From contig NC_045707.1 in assembly GCF_009834535.1 (NCBI RefSeq), forward strand, positions 61,878,001 through 61,942,000: a DNA stretch of 64,000 nt, in the 5' to 3' direction. Origin of the DNA: Camelus ferus. Its lineage: Eukaryota. Below the pieces are notes generated by a model. The model saw only the letters and a list, made by a program, of their open reading frames with translations, was not told where the DNA came from and made no database searches. Position numbers and translations under genes: made by a program. Numbering within the stretch: the first letter of the stretch is position 1; each line of letters starts with the position of its first letter. Below are positions 53,290 to 64,000 of this stretch, one piece after another.

Positions 53290-55040
53290 AAGTGATTTAC
53301 AGATTCAGTGTAACCCCTATCAAAATCCCAATGTCATTGTTTACAGAAATAGAAAAGAAAAAAAAACTTAAAATTCATAAGGAACCACCAAAGACTGAAT
53401 AGCCAAAGCAATTTTGAATAAGAAAATTAAAGCTGAAGACAGCACACTTTCCTGAATTTTAAAATATATTATAAAACTATACTAATCAAAACAGTGTATT
53501 GCTGACTTAAAACAGATAGATAAGCCAACGGAACAGAATAGAGAACCTAGAGATAAACCCACATATATATGGTCAACTAGTCTTTAACAAGTGTACTAAG
53601 AACACACAATAGGGAAAGGAAAGTTCCTTTAATAAATGGTGTTGGGAAAACTGGGTACATACATGCAAGAGAATAAAATTGGACCCTTATCTTAACAACA
53701 TACACAAAATTTCACTCAAAATATATTAAAGATTTAAATGTAAGCCATGAAACCATAAAATTCAAGAATAAAACATAGGGGGAAATCTTCCTGTCTTTTT
53801 GTCTTGCAATGATTTCTGGAATATGATACCAAAAGCTGAGCAATAAAAGCAAATGTAGACAAATGGAATTATATCAAAGCAAAAAGCTTCTGCATAGCAA
53901 AGAAAAAACCAGAAAGGTAACCTACAGAACGGAAAGTATTTGTAAACTGTATATCTGATAAAGAACTAATATCTAAAATATATTAAAAAAAACTCTTATA
54001 ACTCAATAACCACAAAAAAAAATATGATTTAAAAATGGGCAAGGAACTAAATAGACCTTTCTCCAAAGAAGACATACAAATGGCCAACAGGTACGTGAAA
54101 AAATGCTCAATGTCACTAATGATCAGAAAACTGCAAATCAAAACTGCAATGAAATATCACTTCACACCTGTTAGATGGCTATCATCAACACACACACACA
54201 CACACACACATACACCATAACAAACTCTGGTGATGATGTGCAGAAAAGGGAACATTTGTACACTATTGGTGGAAATGTAAATTGGTGCAGCTACTATGAA
54301 AAGCAATATGGAATGCCCTCGAAAAATTGAAAATAGAACTACCATCTGATCCAGCAATCCCACTTCTGGGTATACATCCAAAGGAATTAAAATCAGGATC
54401 TTGAAGAGATATCTGCACTCCCATTTCATTGCAGATTATTCTCAAGAGCCACAGGGAAGCAACCCAAATGTCCATCAACAGGTAAGTAGATAAAGAACAT
54501 GTGTTACATACATACAATAGAATATCACTCAGCCTTAAAAGAACATGCGTAACAGCTTGAAGGAACCTGAGGGATGTTACACGAAGTGAAAGAAGTCATG
54601 GTTCTTCCTACAAGATTCTACTTATATGAGGCATCTAAAATAGTCAGACTCAGAATGGTGACTGCCAAGGGCTGAAGGGAGGGGAAATGGAGAGCCGTTT
54701 TTCAACAGAAATAAAAATTTCCAGTTACACAGGATGAACAGGTCGTAGATTAACAACATTGTATTATAAATTTAAAACTTTGCTAAAAGTGTAGATCTAT
54801 GTTAATAGTCTTAGCACAAACTATAACATAATAATAAATACATACATAATAACATAGTAATAGTAAAGATAAAGTGGGCAGGCAAAAATTTTTGGAAGAG
54901 CTGGATGTGTTTATTGCAAAGATAGGGGTGATGGTTTCATGAATACATACTTACCTCTAAACTAGTTAGGTTGAATACATTAAATACAAACAGCTTTTTG
55001 TGTATCAATTATACCTCAGCAAAGTGGTTAGTAAAAAGAT
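53290..55040 (+). mobile_element. L1MA/L1MB-type 3' 1.7 kb (ORF2 C-terminus and 3' UTR), with internal (CA)n at about 54188-54215
   Basis: ORF 54035-54220 encodes [36 protein letters not shown], the L1 ORF2 C-terminal signature. Confidence 0.92.
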
Positions 55041-58000
55041 AAAAGAAAAAATACACACAAGTCATTGAAAGGGAAAAAAAGAAGAAAATGTTGACTTTTG
55101 CAAAAGAAAAAGCAAGAAATATTTCACCTTGGAGTTACATGAGTTTCATTATAAATGAAGTCAGCCTTCAGTTCCTTAATATAATCCAAAGAAAAATGTT
55201 GTATTTGAAGTCAATCAATTTCGGAATAACATTTCCACGAAAAGAATAAAGGCAAAGTATTATTGAATCTCAGGCAAGTCTTTATTTATAAATACAATTT
55301 CTCAAATACGTTTTCATCCAATTTGGACGCAGCTTCTGGGAAGCTGTTCAGTGACATATGTCTGTGCTTGGAAAGCTAATGAAAAAGTGGAAACAACACT
55401 GCTTTTTCTAAAAGCTGCTAAAATGATATAGATACACAGGAGAAAGGAACCAATTATTTACTTTCTCGAAAAGGTTAAACTACCCATCTGGAGATAACAA
55501 CGAGTTTCGTGGGTATTGTTAATACTTTTCTTCATATGTTTCCACACATGATTTGTTCTCTCTGTTTTCCTTCAATAAAGTGAATTGCTTTTCCGATGAG
55601 GGGTCGTTAGGGAACACTTGCACAGGTTATCACGAAATACAAATCTAATGATTAGAACTAATGTGACAGTTTAATATAGTCAATATAAGCAGACATTATT
55701 AGGTGAAAAGAGAAAATGGCCTGAATGTCTAGATGCCTTTTATATTATCTATGGTATCATGAGAATCTGCTTAAAATGCAAAACAGATGCCTTTGACAAG
55801 GTTTGCTGCTAGGTTTAGAAGAGAGGAAATGTGTGTCCTTCCCAGAAGGTGCACTGGCTGGAGAGATACTTATTCTGGGAGACACATGAATGTCCATCAG
55901 CTCAAATCAGGGACCTGGTGGGTTTAGGGGAAGATGATAGATATGATTTGGAGGTTGATTTTAGAACGATACATTTTTCCTAAGAGAAGGGACCAAATTA
56001 TATTTACTTTTCTTTTCTTCATGTATGTATTTACACAATCTTTTTGTCATTCAGATATATTTTATTTTTACATTGATTAATATAAAATCCCTGTATAACT
56101 AACTCACTGGATACAGTGAGGGCTGTTGGAATAACTAAAAATCATTATTCTGAGAGATTTGACATGGAAAAAGACATCTGGTGTGAGGTCTGAGCACTTT
56201 TATTGGGAGAATTATCATATAGCTTTGGGTGTGGACATCTTTTTAAATTTATAACCAATTAGCCTTTTACCCTCTGACTATGTCTGGAGAGTTCTTTACT
56301 TAAAAAATGTTGATAGAGGGGAAAAAAATACCCTCCTTCTGTAGAAACTAAAAAAGGTTGGCTACTTATGATCTAACCTCCCCCACAGCTGATACAGACG
56401 TAGTAGGCTGTAAACAAGCCGTTCCCTTTCTCAGCTAGTGAGGGTGGTAGTAAATTATGAAAGGAGACATTTATGAAAATGGAACTGTCCAGGGCTTGAA
56501 GGAATGTTCTTCAGCATACCAGTTCTGCAGTGTGGTTTTGTGCATTGTTTCTGGCAATTAATTCAAAAATTGGTTCTTTGGTCCCTCGAATGATTCTTTC
56601 AATAAAGTCATTTTCTTCATTTTTAGGTAGAGCCAGTTTCTGATAATTGAATCAAAACCTGATCAGTTCCAATTGCATACTTCCATTTCACTGTGACTTC
56701 CCTTCCTTTGGCATTTGTAGAACATATGATCTTTATGTGTCTGTGTTTCTCTATTTAATCACAAACCGCTTGATCATGGAGCCCTTATGTTATACATTCT
56801 TGGTATCATTCACTGTATTTAGCAAAATGCCATCTAAATATGGATGCTTGAACAAACATGAGATGACAGAAAAAACACAGGCCTGAGAAATACTCAAACA
56901 CTACTCTGCTCAAATCTCACCTTGCATAAACCACAGGATATCCCTGGGTCACAGATTCTTCACATACAAAGTGAAACAGTCAGATAAGGCTTAGGGTTCT
57001 AGAAATTCATGTCTGTATTATGTGTCTTAGCCCGTTCCATTCAGTAGCTCTTGAAGTTAAGAACCTTTTAATGTGATATTCCTTTACAAAATTTCAGGAG
57101 CAGATATGCTTAAATTAGATGCAAAGCCCATATTTAATTCGTGTTTGTTTGTTGTTTTTCTGCCCCAAACTGTATGAAAATAATCTCAACTCAGGGGAAG
57201 GGAGTCAGAGCAACTCGGTTTCAGGATAGCCCCATTTCCATTGTCATCTGTCTTTATCACCTCAGTTCCTCCAGGTTCACCTGAGACCGAGAAGCTCAAC
57301 AATTAGAGCAGCTTCGTGTCCTCCAGAACTTACTTTCCTATAATTATTTATCTGTCTCAGATCCCCAGGTGCCACTCCCCGGCTGCTGCTTTCTTCCCGT
57401 CTCTGCTTGGGGATGAAATGAGCGCGCGGCAGACATATCCAGAACCCCCTACTCTCGGTATCTCAGCACGTTTCACTAATGAGCCCGTCCCTGTTCCTTG
57501 CTGAGCCCGCCTACCTCTGGCCAGCCTTCAGAACACCTCTCCAGGAAGTCAGTGCCAATCAGCGCTGGCACAGTTTGGTGCAGACACTTCACATTAGCTC
57601 ACTCACCACTCACTTCAGCGCTTCTGGGGCTTCCCATCTTGAACAGGAGAGGCTGGCAGCCCCATCAGCTGCATTTTCCAAACACCCTTTTAACTAGCGT
57701 GTAGACACGGGAGCAAGGCTCTGCCAAGCAGCCGCACCTGCGTGAAGTGTGCTTGAGGAAATAAGCCACGTGGAGCAGCCGTTGCACGTGTGTCTCCTGG
57801 GGCAGCCGCGGCAGGGCGTCTAGCTCCTGCTGCGGGGCCGATGGCGTGTCTCTCCATTGGAGTAGCCTCCTGGTGTGCTTGGGTACCTGTCCTGGACACG
57901 CTGTCCTTCATGTCTCTCTCTCAGAAATGAAGTGCCCAGATGTAAAAGCCATCCCTACACTTCCGTTACGTGATTTCCACTAACCAGTCCTTAATGGATA

Positions 58001-58079
58001 AACCAGCTAGATTAGTTTCAATTGTCTGGAACTGAGAACTATGACCTGTACACAGTTGAAATGTACTTTTTATTTATCT

Positions 58080-58480
58080 CTGTCAGTTAGTAACGTGTCT
58101 GTAACAGAACACCCAACAAACGGTGGTTTAAACGCTGGACTTTCTTTCCACATGGTGTTCAAGGATGTCCACCAGAAACTATCTTCGGCGTGTAATTTTT
58201 GACTTCACTGTTACAAGATGACTTCTACATTGCTATTTCGTCTGCTAATCCGGTAGGAGGGAAGGGTGGGTCAAAACTTTCTTCTAACATTCTTTTATTT
58301 GAGAAAGGATGTCATACCCCGGGACTACTGTTGACACTTCAGTGGCTAGAACGGTGTTACGTGCCCTCCCTCAGGCATGGAGGCTGGTATTTCATTTTCC
58401 TGTTTTTATAACAGAGACAGGCAAGGAAGAGTGGGTCAGGAATCGTGCTGGGTGAGACATCCCACAGTATTTGCCGCACC
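58080..58480. mobile_element. Old MaLR (MLT1-like) LTR remnant
   Basis: TGTCAGTTAG...GTAACAGAACACCCAACAAACGGTGGTTTAAAC. Confidence 0.45.
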
Positions 58481-59214
58481 ATCACCGCCTTAGTTGCTGT
58501 TTTCTGATAAACTCCTACCAAAGCTTCCTTACATATTTAGATGAAATATTTAGTTATCAACTTGATGGAATTAAACATACCAAAAGGCCCATCTGTTCAA
58601 AAGTAACTTCCCCAAAAGCTTGTCATGAAATGTAAATTTTCTACTTTTGGAGTCACGTATTTGGATTAAGATATTTGCCATCCAGAGAACATATGCCAGA
58701 CTGCCTATGTATTCACTCAGTGGTGGCAACTCAGAAACCTATCACCACTCATTAGCTTGTGACCACAGACGAGACTGTGAAATGGACAGGTGTACCTTCA
58801 TGCAGAATAGAGTGCAATGGAAGCTTTGTCCCAGGAAGCTGGCCTGAGTGGACCACTGGGCAGCATGAGCAACTGGATGACAGGAGTGATGGAGTGAACT
58901 AAACAGGGAGCAAGTGCAGCTAAGCTTCCTCTCAGCTGCACCTTGAAGGGTGCCGGTTTTAATGAGGGATACATACTACGTGATTCCTTCATATATGTTA
59001 GTTTAGGATGTTAATTCATAGCATCTTTCTCTTCTCTGTTCGAGATTGGAACAAACCAAGAAATGGACAGATGGAAATTTCAATATCAATTTTTTACACA
59101 TAACAATCTCCAGATTCCCTGCTTAACTTTTTCTCCAAGGAGGCTTGTAATATTTGACCCCTAAATTCCACTTCTTAACTTACACAGTCACTAGCACAGC
59201 TGGACATGCCAGAC

Positions 59215-59216
<2 letters not shown>

Positions 59217-59253
<37 letters not shown>

Positions 59254-59278
59254 GCACACGCACGCACAGACACACACA
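59217..59278. repeat. (CA)n/(CACG)n microsatellite
   Basis: Directly visible. Confidence 0.97.
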
Positions 59279-59879
59279 GTGGCAACACATTTTATTGCAG
59301 GCAGGCAGAACTGAGGACGAACCCAAAGTGAGCCAAGCCACACACGACCAGTTCGTTACCCCGCTGGCCCATTAGATAAGTCACTCCACTAACTGCAGGT
59401 TGGTGAGCAAGGTTGTGGGTGAGAGAACAGGAGCGTTGTTCTGGGGGAAGGCCCTCTGCACGAAAACGCGCACAAAGAGGGGAACGTGCTCTCCACTGAT
59501 GATTCTTTCGCGCTAAAGCCAGAGAGCTAGGGAAGAAGGAGACAAAGCAATACCAGATGATAATACCATCATTGTCAATATTTGATCATCCTGAATTATT
59601 TTTAAAGGGGTAATGATAATTCATATTATGCTGTTATTACTGTGCCTTTCCCATAATGTTTACAATGAGAAATTTTTTAAAAAGCAAAAATATACTGTGC
59701 CTCCAAGTATCTTCATGTTTCTGTAAGATTTTCATTTTGTTTGTGGAGCAAAGTAAGAGAAAACAATATTAAAATTTTGGCCCACACATACCCCTCCATG
59801 TTCGCCTCCCTCTTGTTCTGAATTTATTTTATAGTCTCATAAAAACAATCTACCTATAATGATTACAGCACATTTCACA

Positions 59880-60230
59880 CTATTCTCTGCCTCTGTACTT
59901 AAGCTTTGGCTGTATCCTTTCCCTGAAATGTATTTACATGCCCCTTTTATCTAACATCCAGCATCCTTCAAATCTCAGTCTAGGCATTATTATTTCCAGT
60001 AGGAACACTCTCCTGAACTTCTGGATACAATAAATGACCGTCCTTTATGATTTCATAATAGCACTTTTTACAGTATTTGAAATTATACGCCATGTATTTG
60101 CTAACTGGAATACAAGTGGTTTAGGTTAAAGATTGTCATTTTTATTTAATCTGTGTATCTGTATAACTTAGCACAGAGTTTGTTCTACAGGAGGCACTTA
60201 ATAAGTGATTTTTGAGTTGTTGAACTAAAG
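59880..60230 (+). mobile_element. L2 3' end remnant
   Basis: CTTAGCACAGAG...CAGGAGGCACTTAATAAGTG. Confidence 0.55.
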
Positions 60231-62129
60231 AGGAGAGAGACAGTGAAGTTATTAGGACAGAAAGGAGTTTCAGAGAAGGGTCTATTGTGCATGAAGTCGC
60301 ATTTAGTCAAAATGTATTCTAGAAGTTTGGGGAACGGCATGGGTCTCTCTACAGAAGATCTCTAACTTTCAAAATGGCACATTAGTTTGTAAACATCTTT
60401 AAAGTGTGATATTTTGACATTAAGAATAACATTCAACTCTTTAAAAATATTTTCAAAAGAAAATTTAAAAAACTAACATGATTTCGTGAGATCATTGTCA
60501 AGTGACCAGAGTTCTCAGATATGTGTTCATATTTTTTTCTCTGTTTATCATGAGCACCATGAGATATTTGGTGATTCAGTTGTAGTAACTGACACCATAA
60601 TTCAGAATGCTTCAATTATACATACTAATGAATTTAAACACCAGAATGAAGAACAGATAGTATTCATATTCTAAGATAGACACTAAAAAACAAATATAAA
60701 GCATGACTTATTTATGTTATTATTACTGTGAATAATGCTGGATATTTTTCATGCATTCCTGACTGCAAAAATACATTATCAAGCCAATGACCTGTTTCTC
60801 AATGATCATCCTTTGAATATGCTGTACATTCTATACGGACAAACTTTAGGTAAAAGCCTCTCTCTCAAATTGTAACCATATGAGAAAATCTGATACGTCA
60901 CTGGCTTTTTACATCAGATTTCTGAAGAATATGTTTTCTCCTATGCAGATCTGAGGAGACGGACATTTTTCTGTTCGTTCCTGCCATCTGCAATCCATAG
61001 GGGAGCGTTTCGCTTCCATATAATCGTATGAAGACAAAGACAGTTACTGGCTACTCTAGTTTTGAAGGGCCAACATCCCACATCTAAACCTTCCTGGTTA
61101 TGTCTTGATATTCTTGAGTTTGGCTTCAGTTTAGGTTTAATATTCCAATTCTATAACTCTGTGGTATTTGCTCCTTATTCAAAGACTGAATAAAAATGTA
61201 GGCCTATAAACACTTGTATGAAATTTCTACAGAAATTTTTGTTTTGACTTCCATAAAATATCAAAATTTATTACAGAAATACTGATTTCAAGTTTTATTT
61301 TTTAAAGATTTACAACTTACTAGGACCAGATTGGAGGATTTGTAGTTAATTTTTATTCAAATAAATCAACATGTAATCCCCTTTCTCACTTAGCAATGTC
61401 AAAATAAACGATAAAATTGGTATCCACCAACTTAATCATTGCTAAAACCAATTACTTATTTGAATTTGTTTTTTTCCTCATTTATGCACAATTAATCATT
61501 CTTGGAATTGCTCATCCTAAAGAGGTTTGACAAATGTTGCATTTAAAAAACAGCTTTGTTTTCCAAATTGCATTTTCTGTACTTCTCTTTTTTATTACTA
61601 AGAATATTTGCATAAAATAGTAGCAAATTAAACAAGTTGCCAATTTCATTTTAGCGGATTTGAAATCCTCTTGAAATTATTACAAGTCAGCAGAACGTAA
61701 ACTTGCTTGCAGTAGAATATTCATGTTGAAGAGCAAACACAGCCAACTTTCTTCCGAGCAGTACCTCTGTAAAAGCATTGCTTTATTCTATTACTCCATA
61801 AAAGAATCATAAAATGTCGCCTGAAAACTACCTCAGCTAACTTTTAAGTTAGTTTCTGCAAGTGTGAAACAGAAGCATTTGATTTCATAATGATTAAAGT
61901 GAACTAGTGAGACTATTATTTATTATACAGAATTATTGCGACAGTAAAGAAATATAAACTCTGTAAAATGCCTCACCTGTAGTAATCCCCTCAGTAGTTA
62001 TTACTATTTTAAATATTGAATTTGTAATTTTTATATAAGCCAAATATATTAAGGGGGACTTTTGAAAATTAGGTAATATTGAGACCCTATTTAAAACTTT
62101 TTCATACATACTGTCTTATCTGTAGCTGG

Positions 62130-62830
62130 TGGGAGCTGGTGGGACTGCAAATTGGAATAATTTCTATGGAGGAAAATTAGATAATATTTTTTCAGAATTA
62201 AAAATGATCTCACTTTGTTAACCCAGCATTTCTGCTTGAGGATATTATCCTCCACATAAACACAAATGTGTATGAAAATACTCATGTACATAGATATTCA
62301 TTGAAACATTATTTATAATAGTAAAAGAAGGAAAAATAAACCTAACTCGCTATCAATATGGAATTGGTTAACTAAACAATGATAAATTCATGCACTGAAA
62401 CATTATCAGGCAATTTTTAAAATTGAAGTACAGTCAGTGACAATGTGTGAATTTCTGTTGTAAAGCACAATGTCCAAGTCATGCATATACATACATCTAT
62501 TTGTTTTCACATTCTTTTTCCTTAAAGGTTATTACAAGATATTGAATATAATTCCCTGTGCTATACAGCAGAATTTTTTTTTTAATCAGGCAATTTTTAA
62601 AATGATATGATCCAGAATATGGAGAGATTTCTAAGATATATCACTAAGTAAAAATTGTAAGGTGCAGGAAAGGTTTATTCATATAAGCAATAGGTGTTTA
62701 TGCACCGAATGTCTATGGAGGATGGAGGATGAATAAACAATTTTTAACACTATCTTTGGAAAAAAGAGTTGTGTTTGGGGAGAAATAGTTGAGTGAGAGA
62801 TGTATTTTTCATTGCATTTCTTAAGTTTTT
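62130..62830 (+). mobile_element. L1ME-type 3' remnant
   Basis: ACCCAGCATTTCTGCTTGAGG...GATATTCATTGAAACATTATTTATAATAG. Confidence 0.7.
62424..62584 (-). mobile_element. Short lineage L1 3' tail nested in L1ME
   Basis: Perfect flanking repeat ATCAGGCAATTTTTAAAAT (62405-62423 / 62585-62603); related to the 20009-20340 element. Confidence 0.85.
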
Positions 62831-63609
62831 CCTCATTTTTACAGTGTAATTAATACAAAATACATAAAAGGAAAGATGAGGCATCAGGCATACTGTCGTT
62901 ATTATACTGTTACTAAAAGGTTATTTATGGATAAATTTGGGTGACATTGACATGGGTTTTTTTTAATACACCTGAGGGTGATTTTTGTATACAGAAAAAG
63001 CAATTAGGCAAATTATTTCTAAGTTTAAGAACAAATATTAAAATTAAAAATATATTTTCCTTTTTCCTTAAATTCATTCTACAAATTTTTAATTCTATGT
63101 ATAAGTTTTTTGGGTTTTAATAATTATTTCTAAGGAGGCTTTAAATAATGTATGCTTCTGTTTTAAAATTTAATCATGTACCCTTAAACAGTGAAGTTCT
63201 AAATTTATTATAATAGATTTACTGTTAAAATACTTCAGCTGTCTAGATTTTTAAAAATATTTCTAAGTACTTAAAACATTCTTATAAGTCTAATAGAATA
63301 AACTTATATCACTAATTAAAAACTTAGTAAGGCTTCAATTTAAAGTCACTAATTGAAATCAATTACTCAATTAACTATTTTTAAAAAGACTGTCACTCAA
63401 GCAATGTAAGTACAAGAATACTAATGATTGTATGAGGAAGAATCTTGAGTAACGTGGGTATTGATTTTACATGTCCAGAGAGGTTGAGAAACTTGACAAA
63501 GTTTGTATAAGTAGACATAGCAAAATTGGATCCAGGTTTGTCTGATTCCAATTTCCTATAACCTTCACACTATGTTGCCTACCTACCAGAGACTGACCGA
63601 AAAAAAAGT

Positions 63610-63990
63610 TATTTTAACTCATGTATTTAAAAGTTCAAGGAGTAGGACTAGCTTCTAGTGCAGGTAGATAGTTAGGCTCAAAAGGTATCTTCAGCATCCA
63701 GTCTTACCCTCACGCTCTCACAGCTTTGCTTTTTGTGTGTTAGCTCCATTTTTTTTTTTTTTTTTTGCTACAGAAACAAGACTTATATTTATCTACCATC
63801 TAATCAAATACTGGTGTTTCATTTTTCTGAAATTCTCCAGCAAAGACCTCATCACATCCTATTTCTCTACGTTTGCGATATCCACATCCCTGTAATATAA
63901 TAACCAGCCTGAGAAATCAGATATACTGATTCACTTAGATAAATCAAGATCAACCTTTGGTATGAGAGGTTCTGTTTTACCAGATCCCGT
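63610..63990. mobile_element. Old MaLR (MLT1-like) remnant
   Basis: TTAACTCATGTATTTAAAAGTTCAAGG...GCTTCTAGTGCAGG...GGCTCAAA. Confidence 0.4.
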
Positions 63991-64000
63991 GGATCGAGAG

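Noticed and set aside
54035..54517. ORFs with real protein similarity
   Set aside because: Fragments of a dead L1 ORF2 (sense and antisense), interrupted by a CA repeat

Overview
AT-rich mammalian intronic or intergenic DNA, most likely from a camelid (camel, alpaca or llama), judged from three copies of a tRNA-Ala-derived SINE matching the camelid Vic-1 type. I found no credible protein-coding gene: the ORFs I could assign are decayed L1, L2 or LTR sequence or low-complexity translations, and the rest show no recognisable homology. The window is a layered record of transposable elements: ancient L2/L3/MIR/hAT/Tigger copies, several L1 generations, an ERVL LTR with a gag remnant, and many solo LTRs. 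The most unusual zone is about 28.0-30.6 kb. There, two same-family LTRs form an inverted pair sharing a 70/70-bp identical tract, and they enclose a third solo LTR flanked by an 83-106 bp direct duplication rather than a 4-6 bp target-site duplication (TSD). Other points of interest are a twin-primed, 3'-truncated L1 nested in an older L1, an L1 tail with a 36-bp TSD, a 6-bp-TSD LTR nested in the ERVL LTR, a candidate recursive splice site, candidate CTCF sites and a few candidate regulatory or lncRNA segments. Repeat family names come from recalled consensus sequences, not a database search. I see no evidence of a new multi-gene system.
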